DNA of 43,259 nucleotides from Candidatus Thalassarchaeaceae archaeon (GTDB lineage Archaea > Thermoplasmatota > Poseidoniia > Poseidoniales > Thalassarchaeaceae), in assembly GCA_029942125.1 (NCBI GenBank), contig JAPYUB010000003.1:1-43259 (forward strand), given 5' to 3'. The stretch's first letter is position 1. Every line of letters starts with the position of its first letter. The notes beneath the pieces are model-generated. The model was given only the letters and a program-made list of their open reading frames with translations, was not told the origin of the DNA and did no database searches. The position numbers were made by a program, and so were the translations under genes. Below are positions 23,491 through 30,750 of the stretch, in pieces.

Positions 23491-24873
23491 TCATCGTTCA
23501 ATCGTCGCTTCTCGATCGGGGCCCACACCGACACTGATTATCGGGAATCCGAGTAAACTTTCGATTTTTTCGACATAGGCACGTGCGTTCTCAGGCAATG
23601 CAGAAAATCCGGTTCCATCTCGTGCAGCCGCACGGGCAATATCCAACCATGATTCTAGAGAAAGAGCATCGAATCCCGGTACAGATACGTAGACTGGTAT
23701 GCATCTAGCTAAGCGACCAATCTCCGCAGGAATATCGTGACAAGGTTCACCATCAATGGTGTATCCTACACAAATTCTGAGTTCTGAAATACCCCCGAGA
23801 ACATCGAGTTTGGTCAATGTAACTCCATCGAAGCCATTCATTCGGTGTGCGTGTCGAAGGACCACAAGATCGAGCCATCCACAGCGTCGTGGACGGCCGG
23901 TAGTAGTGCCAAATTCATGCCCTACATCAGCCATGTGTTTTCCATCAGCATCAGACATACTCTTTCCATCGTACAATTCAGTGGGGAAGGGACCTTCTCC
24001 CACGCGCGTAGTGTATGCTTTGACAACCCCGTAAGTTTTCTCAACATGCCCAGGATGTATTCCTGCACCATGTGTCGCATTGCCTCGGCTAGTGACTGAG
24101 GATGTGACGAATGGGAATGTGCCTTGGTCAATGTCGAGCAAGCAACCCTGCGCGCCCTCCAAGAGAACGTTCTCACCTTGTTTGAGCGCCATGTCAAGCA
24201 TGAGCCCAGTGTGTGCGACTGCAGGGCCAAAGCGTTGCCAGACCCATGACAGGTCGAGGGCCAGAGATTGCGGTGTAATCTCCCCGTGCAAACTCGCTTG
24301 TCTGGAGATTGTATTCCAACCCACGGGATCGTCTGCTGAAGGCACAGTATCTTTGATATCGAATAAATCGAGCCGTGCATTCATCCTCTTTGCGGTATAG
24401 GCAAGCCATTCTGGGTCCGCCATTCGAGAGGGGATATCACAGAAGCGAACTCCCACTCGTTCAATTTTGTCTCCATAGGTGGGTCCAATGCCTCTTTTCG
24501 TGGTACCAATCTTCGTATCCGTCCCATCGATGCGACGATGGAAGGGAAGATTGACGTGAGCCCGTTCACTAATCCACAAACGGGTTCCTTCAGGTCTTTC
24601 ATTGCCGAAAGCGTACCAATCTTCGAGCTCCTTCTCAAGAGTCCAAGGATCGATGACCATGCCATCTCCAAGAACAAGTTGACATTCTGGATAGGTGATG
24701 CCACTGGGCAAATGGTTCAGTTTCAGTGTGCGGTCTCCGATGACAATAGTATGTCCGGCATTGTTACCGCCCTGAAAGCGAGCCACCCAACTGACTTTAC
24801 TGGCGAGTTGGTCAACCATCTTGCCTTTGCCCTCGTCACCCCACTGAGCGCCGAGCACCACCGTGGCGGGCAT
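23491..24873 (-). CDS. purA: Adenylosuccinate synthetase (long, bacterial-type)
   Basis: ATG at 24873 gives MPATVVLGAQWGDEGKGK. Also GGNNAGHT, TTKRGIGP and TTGRPRRCGWLD. The track start at 24912 is GTG. Confidence 0.95.
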   Translation of the reverse strand: MPATVVLGAQWGDEGKGKMVDQLASKVSWVARFQGGNNAGHTIVIGDRTLKLNHLPSGITYPECQLVLGDGMVIDPWTLEKELEDWYAFGNERPEGTRLWISERAHVNLPFHRRIDGTDTKIGTTKRGIGPTYGDKIERVGVRFCDIPSRMADPEWLAYTAKRMNARLDLFDIKDTVPSADDPVGWNTISRQASLHGEITPQSLALDLSWVWQRFGPAVAHTGLMLDMALKQGENVLLEGAQGCLLDIDQGTFPFVTSSVTSRGNATHGAGIHPGHVEKTYGVVKAYTTRVGEGPFPTELYDGKSMSDADGKHMADVGHEFGTTTGRPRRCGWLDLVVLRHAHRMNGFDGVTLTKLDVLGGISELRICVGYTIDGEPCHDIPAEIGRLARCIPVYVSVPGFDALSLESWLDIARAAARDGTGFSALPENARAYVEKIESLLGFPIISVGVGPDREATIER

Positions 24874-25080
24874 GATTGTCGCGCATTGCCGGCCATTGAT
24901 GAACTTGCCCACTGAGAAAATGTCATTTTGCAGCCGAAAAGTGATGCATCTATGCGATTACTTTAAGGTCGGATTCCTCCATTTAATTTTACGTATGACG
25001 TACACTACCATCATGGAGAAGTACACCCCGACGAACGAGGGGTTGCTCTGGAGCGAACCAATAGCCATCCGAGCGAAGTG

Positions 25081-25088
25081 TTTAAGTA
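25081..25088 (+). promoter_or_regulatory. TATA-box-like element upstream of tfb
   Basis: TTTAAGTA preceded by the purine-rich GCGAAGTG (BRE-like), about 40 nt upstream of the tfb ATG. Confidence 0.3.
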
Positions 25089-25124
25089 CTACCGAGTATA
25101 CATGTTAACCCCGAGTTGAGTAAT

Positions 25125-26138
25125 ATGAAAGAAGAACAGACCGAAACCGATAGCCAGAAGTCGAATACACGCAAATCCCCCCTAGGCGCAGGACGTCCGT
25201 CCCAGCGTCGAACTGTGGGCCAAACCACTCCGTGCAAGGAGTGTGGTGCAACAGAATGGCATGAAGACGAAGTCCGAGGTGAGACCTTTTGTGTCCCTTG
25301 TGGCAACGTCGCTGAGGAAAACGCGATTGACCTTGGTGCAGAGTGGACCAACTACTCCGATGGCACGGATCGCTCTCGAGTGGGTGCTCCATCCCGTGAG
25401 TCCCTTTCCGACAAGGGCCTCAATACGAACATTTCACGCAGCGATATCTCCGGCGCTGGCGCACGACGCCATGGCATCAAGGGAAGCGACGCCAAGCATT
25501 GGCGACGCAGATTGCTGATTGACGAACGTAGTAAGACTCGTTCCTCGCGTTCGCGTAACCTCACCAAGGCCATGCAGTTCATTCGTGACCGAGGCAAACT
25601 TCCACCCGCTCTGGTCGAGGAGGCGGCACGCCTCTACCGTCATGCCGCAGAACAGGGCATTGTCACAGGTCGAAGCATACGTGGTGTCTCAGCCGCTTGT
25701 GTCTATCTCGCTGCACGTCAGGCAAAATTGCCACGAACAATCGAAGAGATTGCCGAATCTTTTGACATGACTGGTGAAATGGGCGAGAAGGAGCTCAAGC
25801 GAACCATTCGCTTGGCCGCACGTTGTCTCAACGCCCACCACGTCACTGGACCCAGCGAGTATCTCGACAAGTTCCACAGCGACCTCGGTCTACCAGCACC
25901 CGTGCTCGGTGAAGCCAACTACCTGTGGGATCGTGTCGGCGAATCCATGGAATGGCAGGGCAAGAAACCCTCCGGTGTTGCAGGTGTTATGCTGTACAAG
26001 GCAGCCCAAAATCGTGGCCACCCCCGTACTCAATCCGAAGTATGTGAGGTCGCCGGTGTATCCGAAGTGACCTTGCGAGGACTCTTGCGAATCCTCGAAG
26101 CACTGCTTGCCCAGTTGGGTGAAGCACCGTCGAACTGA
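25125..26138 (+). CDS. tfb: Transcription initiation factor IIB (TFB)
   Basis: Zinc ribbon CKECG..(x16)..CVPCG, B-finger region, and two cyclin-like repeats (RSIRGVSAACVYLAARQ, PSGVAGVMLYKAAQ). Confidence 0.95.
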   Translation: MKEEQTETDSQKSNTRKSPLGAGRPSQRRTVGQTTPCKECGATEWHEDEVRGETFCVPCGNVAEENAIDLGAEWTNYSDGTDRSRVGAPSRESLSDKGLNTNISRSDISGAGARRHGIKGSDAKHWRRRLLIDERSKTRSSRSRNLTKAMQFIRDRGKLPPALVEEAARLYRHAAEQGIVTGRSIRGVSAACVYLAARQAKLPRTIEEIAESFDMTGEMGEKELKRTIRLAARCLNAHHVTGPSEYLDKFHSDLGLPAPVLGEANYLWDRVGESMEWQGKKPSGVAGVMLYKAAQNRGHPRTQSEVCEVAGVSEVTLRGLLRILEALLAQLGEAPSN

Positions 26139-26166
26139 AGAAGCAAAGCGGATTCGAGTGGCTCAA

Positions 26167-26242
26167 GGGCGCTTAGATCAGCTGGAAGATCGTCTGGTTT
26201 GCAACCAGAAGGCCGGGGGTTCAAATCCCCCAGCGTCCACCA
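26167..26242 (+). tRNA. tRNA-Ala (anticodon UGC), CCA encoded
   Basis: Hand-folded cloverleaf: acceptor GGGCGCU/AGCGUCC with G3:U70, D arm GAUC/GAUC, anticodon stem UCUGG/CCAGA with loop UUUGCAA, T arm GGGGG-UUCAAAU-CCCCC, discriminator A, then CCA. Confidence 0.9.
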
Positions 26243-26269
26243 ACTATTCGACTGCTGGAATGCGGAGAG

Positions 26270-27748
26270 ATGATGAACGGCGCGGCAAGGCACGCGTCCA
26301 TGGAGGTCCCATACGGTCCGTATGTGACCATGATGAGCATCATCCTCATCCTCACACCACTGTTATGCTGGTACTTTACTCGAAACCAGACGAATAGCAG
26401 GGTGCCAATGAATCGCGTCTATTCTGAAGTTATGAAACATAGATACTATCTGCATATCAGCGGATATCTGCTCATCATTCAGTGGAAGAAATTAACAGAT
26501 AATCTCAATGAGCCCATAAAAACCAGCACTGGACACTACACAGACTGGGTCCATGGATTTGAGGGTGAATTAGTACTGTGGATTCAGAACACATTTGAGC
26601 ATGTGATGCTCACAGAAATTCTCAATTTCCATTATCTATTCATCTATCTATTTCTGATTTATGTCACTACGATTTACTACATGTATACCGGCGAGAAAGA
26701 TCTGACCGACAAGGTGACGCTGAACTATCTGCTAATCTACGCACTTGCGGTTCCATACTACTTGTTCTTCAATGTCGAAGTCACAAGTACCTACATCCCC
26801 GGAATGGATTCCTTGCTGTATCAGGATTCGTGGTACGCCGTTTTCTATGCTAGCCATGACCCGCTCGACAATTCTGTGCCGAGCCTGCACATTGCGATTC
26901 CCTTTGGAATATTGGCGCTAAACTGGTTGCATATGCGCGAAAAGGGCATTGAACTCAAGGATTGGAAACACCGACGCTACCACCAATTCATCTTCTGGAA
27001 TACTGTCTTGTTCGCGTTCACTATTCTGTACCTTGGAATCCACTGGATTATCGACATTCCTTTGGGCATTCTAATCGGTGGAATCGGTGCGCTTTTCATA
27101 CACCACACTCAACCTAGGCTACGCAATGGATTTGGAGCCACATTCAAGGGTTTCACTCGACTCAAAGCAAGTCGGCATGCTGTAGTTGAAGGCATCGTCG
27201 TACTGCTAATGGTTGGAGTGTTGATGGCGGGCATGACCTATCAGGCTGAGACCTTGGATGAGCGGGTGTCGATGCGATTGGGTCCAGGGGATTCAAATCA
27301 TGATATCATCCAAGAGATGGAGGATGGAGAGTATGCGACGTTCATTCTGACAAATCTGGATGAAGAAGAACCCGTCCATGTTGTCATCATTGAATTGGAA
27401 CAAGCCGCTAAATCGATGGGAGAAGGGGACATTCTATGGGATACACTCGAAGGTCAAGCGATTACGATATCTCCGGGCGAGACTCATTCATTCTTAATCG
27501 ATAATCTTGAACTGTGGCATTTGGCAATTATCCATCTCAACGATAGTGCACAAGGAATTGTTGAAGTCCACATCACCGTGGAATACAGTCTTGACGATTT
27601 GGTTACAACCTCACTCATCATGAGTATGCCTTCACTATGGATGACCGGCTGGGTTTTCCATCGTCTCGCCCGTTTGAAGTGGGATGGCCGAAGTTGGATC
27701 GATTCAACTCCGAGTCATGCTTGGATTTCAATGGGTGAATCTGAGTGA
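26270..27748 (+). CDS. Polytopic membrane protein with PAP2_3 (Aur1/IPC-synthase-like phosphotransferase) motifs plus a C-terminal beta-rich domain
   Basis: SVPSLHIAIPFG and GIHWIIDIPLGILIGG resemble the PSxH and HxxxD motifs of the PAP2 superfamily. Visibly AT-rich relative to its neighbours. The start is uncertain; an ATG at 26330 gives MMSIILILTP. Confidence 0.55.
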   Translation: MMNGAARHASMEVPYGPYVTMMSIILILTPLLCWYFTRNQTNSRVPMNRVYSEVMKHRYYLHISGYLLIIQWKKLTDNLNEPIKTSTGHYTDWVHGFEGELVLWIQNTFEHVMLTEILNFHYLFIYLFLIYVTTIYYMYTGEKDLTDKVTLNYLLIYALAVPYYLFFNVEVTSTYIPGMDSLLYQDSWYAVFYASHDPLDNSVPSLHIAIPFGILALNWLHMREKGIELKDWKHRRYHQFIFWNTVLFAFTILYLGIHWIIDIPLGILIGGIGALFIHHTQPRLRNGFGATFKGFTRLKASRHAVVEGIVVLLMVGVLMAGMTYQAETLDERVSMRLGPGDSNHDIIQEMEDGEYATFILTNLDEEEPVHVVIIELEQAAKSMGEGDILWDTLEGQAITISPGETHSFLIDNLELWHLAIIHLNDSAQGIVEVHITVEYSLDDLVTTSLIMSMPSLWMTGWVFHRLARLKWDGRSWIDSTPSHAWISMGESE

Positions 27749-27780
27749 ATTTCTAGCGTTCATAAAAATAATTATTTCTG

Positions 27781-27843
27781 TTCGAATGAATAGAAATATT
27801 GTTGATTATTGTACGAATGTACAGAATATTCGTTTATTATTGT
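27781..27843. repeat. Imperfect ~31-bp tandem direct repeat in an AT-rich leader
   Basis: CGAATGAATAGAAATATTGTTGATTATTGT (from 27783) versus CGAATGTACAGAATATTCGTTTATTATTGT (from 27814). TGTACGAATGTACA spans the junction. Confidence 0.45.
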
Positions 27844-27892
27844 GAAAATGAGTCTCGGGGATTCTTAACGATTAAGAGGGGTCATTCTACCC

Positions 27893-27912
27893 GTGCCCCC
27901 CGTAGGGGGCGC
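27893..27912. promoter_or_regulatory. GC hairpin GCCCCC-CGTA-GGGGGC
   Basis: The 6-bp perfect stem at 27895..27910 is extendable by G-U and G-C pairs. It ends 5 nt before the ATG at 27917 and covers the alternative GTG at 27893. Confidence 0.4.
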
Positions 27913-27916
27913 GGCA

Positions 27917-29419
27917 ATGCTGGCGGCGGATTTTGATGGGACGGGTGGTAACATGGTCGATGGGTCAGTGACAATACAATTGCCAGTCGCAGAGCAGGCT
28001 CGATTGAATCGAGAACTTGCGGACACCTATCGTCGATACAATATCGATGCGATGGAAACTGAAAATCGCAATAAATTCCCTCGCCGATTCAATGTGAAGG
28101 TGGGAAAAATTGGATTAGCCAAACTACTCTTCAAGGAGTTCTTCAAGTATTTCGGGCACTGGGATGTCGTCTTCAGTCGACCCTGTACCTATGGTGTGTT
28201 CAGTGGGCCAGTGGGTGGATTTGCACCTCGTCCAGATCTATGTGTCGGTTGTTTACGATGTGAAGTGCAGCATCCGGAGTTTGTCACGGTCACTCACAAC
28301 CAGGAACTTGCCACGTTGGGTGATTCTTATCTCACAAGCAAACATATTGCAACCATCGATGAAGAAGCTCGAAAAGGATCCGTTCCGGTTCGTGGCCAAG
28401 GATATCGTGGGCGATTTGGAGGCCCTGGTTTCGACCAAATGTTCACCGATATGTCGGAGATTGTTCGACCCAGCCGTGATGGTATTCATGGCCGGGAACT
28501 AATCGGTACCAGTGTCGATTTGGGGTCCAAACCAATGCGCCTCAGGTTCAGTGTAGAGGGGGGTTTGTTGGATGCACCCAAGATGATGACCATCCAAGTT
28601 CCGTTCTTCTACTCCCCTCCACCCGATTCGGTATCCACTGGAATTGTGCCAGAGATTCTGGCAGAGGTCGCTGAGAAGGTCGACACACTTCTGTTTCTTC
28701 CTGAGAGTACCGTCACCAATCAGGGCCTTGCCGGTCCACATGTGGTGCCAATCATCGCACCGGGGCAAATCGGCAATATCGAAAGCCATGCCAAGGGAAC
28801 CCGAATGGTAGAGATGTCTTCGTGGAACTTGACGGCCTGGAATCAAGTCAAGGAACACCCACTGCTGGTCTCAATTCAGTTGCCATTGGCTGGCGATTGG
28901 ATGAGTATGCTGATGGAGATGGTCGACAATGGAGTCTCCATCATCCATCTAATCACCGATCACCATGGTGAGGCTGACGATGGACGATTTGTAATGGACC
29001 TCTACCAAGAAGCACACTTCGCCTTGGTAGAGAAAGGTTGCCGAGATGAAGTCACATTAATTGGGACCGGTGGCATTGCTGGTGCGGATCATCTACCCAA
29101 GGCCATCATCACCGGAATGGACGCTGTGGGTCTAGATTATCCACTTCTCACCGCTATGCAAGCGCGCTTAACTGGAGATACCAAAACACGCGGTGCTGCG
29201 GCGGTCAAATTACCTTCTAATTTAGACAAAGGATGGGGTGTACAAAGAATTCTCAATCTGTCTTGCTCATGGCGTGACCAACTCCTAGAAATTCTAGGGG
29301 CCATGGGTATTCGCGAAGTTCGACGTCTTCGAGGGGAAACTGGTCGAGCCATGTGGTGTGGTCACTTGGAGGCAGAAGCCTTCGGTGATATCGAAGGATT
29401 CCTAGGAGGTGAGCACTGA
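27917..29419 (+). CDS. Glutamate-synthase-related protein: degenerate paralogue of the FMN (Glu_synthase) barrel with one CxxCxxC motif
   Basis: CVGCLRCE. The C-terminal part, VTLIGTGGIAGADHLPKAIITGMDAVGLDYPL...LLEILGAMGIREVRRLRGETGRAM, parallels the next gene (LIASGGIRTADDMAKAIALGADGCVLG...LREILRQLGLSNIGELRGRTDLL). It lacks the GGTGA and MSxGxxS motifs. Confidence 0.65.
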   Translation: MLAADFDGTGGNMVDGSVTIQLPVAEQARLNRELADTYRRYNIDAMETENRNKFPRRFNVKVGKIGLAKLLFKEFFKYFGHWDVVFSRPCTYGVFSGPVGGFAPRPDLCVGCLRCEVQHPEFVTVTHNQELATLGDSYLTSKHIATIDEEARKGSVPVRGQGYRGRFGGPGFDQMFTDMSEIVRPSRDGIHGRELIGTSVDLGSKPMRLRFSVEGGLLDAPKMMTIQVPFFYSPPPDSVSTGIVPEILAEVAEKVDTLLFLPESTVTNQGLAGPHVVPIIAPGQIGNIESHAKGTRMVEMSSWNLTAWNQVKEHPLLVSIQLPLAGDWMSMLMEMVDNGVSIIHLITDHHGEADDGRFVMDLYQEAHFALVEKGCRDEVTLIGTGGIAGADHLPKAIITGMDAVGLDYPLLTAMQARLTGDTKTRGAAAVKLPSNLDKGWGVQRILNLSCSWRDQLLEILGAMGIREVRRLRGETGRAMWCGHLEAEAFGDIEGFLGGEH

Positions 29420-30750
29420 TGGCGAAGAAAGAATGGCCAAAACCGAGCCCGAAGTTGTTGGAGAAAACGCTTCACCTGATGCACGATGGATTTCATCAAC
29501 GTGCATTCCCTGACACACCCTATGAGTTGCCCACCGCACTCGGTGATGCACGATGGACTGACGAATTGATTGCCAGCGCATGGTACATGGCTGAAACCGG
29601 AGATTGTCCAGATCACCTCAACTACAAAACGGGGAAAAGTGGTGGTGGTTTTGACCGATTGGCATTCAAGGAATTACCCGAAGACCAACAACTTGCTGTA
29701 GATGCCGAAGTCGATATTACGCTTGAGTTGAATCGACGTGGAGATGAGAGAAACAAGCGTACCATCGATATACCGTGGTATGGCGGTGGAATGTCCTACG
29801 GTTCAGTATCAGTCAACGTGATGATGTCACGTGCCCTCAATGCCAAGAAGTGGAATACACTGATGTCAACTGGCGAAGGTGGCTATCCACCCGAATTGTA
29901 TGAGTGTGCGGACAATGTCATCACACAAGTTGCCACAGGATACTTTGGTGTCGAAGAGAAGTCAATCCAAGCTGCACCGATTATCGAATTCAAGTACGCA
30001 CAAGGTGCAAAACCGGGACTGGGTGGACACCTGCTGGCGTCAAAGGCTGGAGAGGAGGTGGCCGAGATGCGAGGTAGCGTCCCGTTTGTCAGTCTATTCA
30101 GCCCCTTCCCTTTCCACTCGACCTATTCAGTTGAAGATCACATGAAGCATCTGGATTGGATCAAAACGGTCAATCCCACTGCGATGATGTCGGTCAAAGT
30201 CAGCACACCTCACGATGTGGACATGGTTGCTGTTGGTTCCTACTATGCTGGAGCTCACATCATTCATCTCGATGGGGGATTTGGAGGAACAGGAGCTGCT
30301 CCAGAGATTGCCAAGAAGAACATCGCTATGCCGATTGAATTGGCGATTCCCAAGGTTCACAAATTCATGCAAATGGAAGGAATCCGAGATAATGTCACCC
30401 TGATTGCCAGTGGAGGTATCCGCACGGCTGATGATATGGCCAAAGCGATTGCATTGGGTGCAGATGGATGTGTTCTAGGCACCAGTGATTTGGTCGCTAT
30501 GGGTTGCACCCGTTGTTCCAACTGTGAAGGTGGACCGAGCGGTCGCGGATGTCCATGGGGTTTGACCACCACAGATACAGAACTTCAGGAATGGGTTCAG
30601 CAGGCATGGGGTGCGGACCGATTGGACAAGTATTACACCGCCTTGGCCAAGCGATTGAGGGAAATTCTACGTCAACTTGGTTTGTCCAATATCGGAGAAT
30701 TGCGTGGACGGACCGATCTATTGCGATACATCGCCGGAGGTGAGGCCTGA
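29419..30750 (+). CDS. Glutamate synthase FMN-binding domain protein (GltB domain 3 equivalent)
   Basis: GGGMSYGSVS, STGEGG, KYAQGAKPGLGGHL, HLDGGFGGTGAAP, ASGGIRTADD and a Cys cluster CTRCSNCEGGPSGRGCPWG. The ATG overlaps the upstream TGA (TGATG). Confidence 0.88.
   Translation: MAKKEWPKPSPKLLEKTLHLMHDGFHQRAFPDTPYELPTALGDARWTDELIASAWYMAETGDCPDHLNYKTGKSGGGFDRLAFKELPEDQQLAVDAEVDITLELNRRGDERNKRTIDIPWYGGGMSYGSVSVNVMMSRALNAKKWNTLMSTGEGGYPPELYECADNVITQVATGYFGVEEKSIQAAPIIEFKYAQGAKPGLGGHLLASKAGEEVAEMRGSVPFVSLFSPFPFHSTYSVEDHMKHLDWIKTVNPTAMMSVKVSTPHDVDMVAVGSYYAGAHIIHLDGGFGGTGAAPEIAKKNIAMPIELAIPKVHKFMQMEGIRDNVTLIASGGIRTADDMAKAIALGADGCVLGTSDLVAMGCTRCSNCEGGPSGRGCPWGLTTTDTELQEWVQQAWGADRLDKYYTALAKRLREILRQLGLSNIGELRGRTDLLRYIAGGEA

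Noticed and set aside
23171-23578. 135-aa plus-strand ORF
   Set aside because: It runs antisense across the small basic protein gene and into the purA 3' end. Its hydrophobic, low-information translation has no motifs.
24913-25124. 212-bp purA/tfb intergenic region examined for a small RNA gene or riboswitch (81-aa track ORF 24863..25108; C-box-like GTGATGC)
   Set aside because: There is no D box, no convincing extended stem structure and no recognisable RNA family motif. The ORF has no motif and overlaps the purA start. Divergent promoters explain the region best.
26264-26335. Two AUGAUGA (C-box-like) heptamers just after the tRNA
   Set aside because: There is no CUGA partner or terminal stem. 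Both coincide with Met-Met codons of the downstream membrane-protein ORF.
26243-27892. Integrated mobile element at the tRNA-Ala 3' end
   Set aside because: The composition is suggestive, but I found no integrase, no repeat of the tRNA 3' end and only one gene. It is kept as a compositional observation, not called a mobile element.
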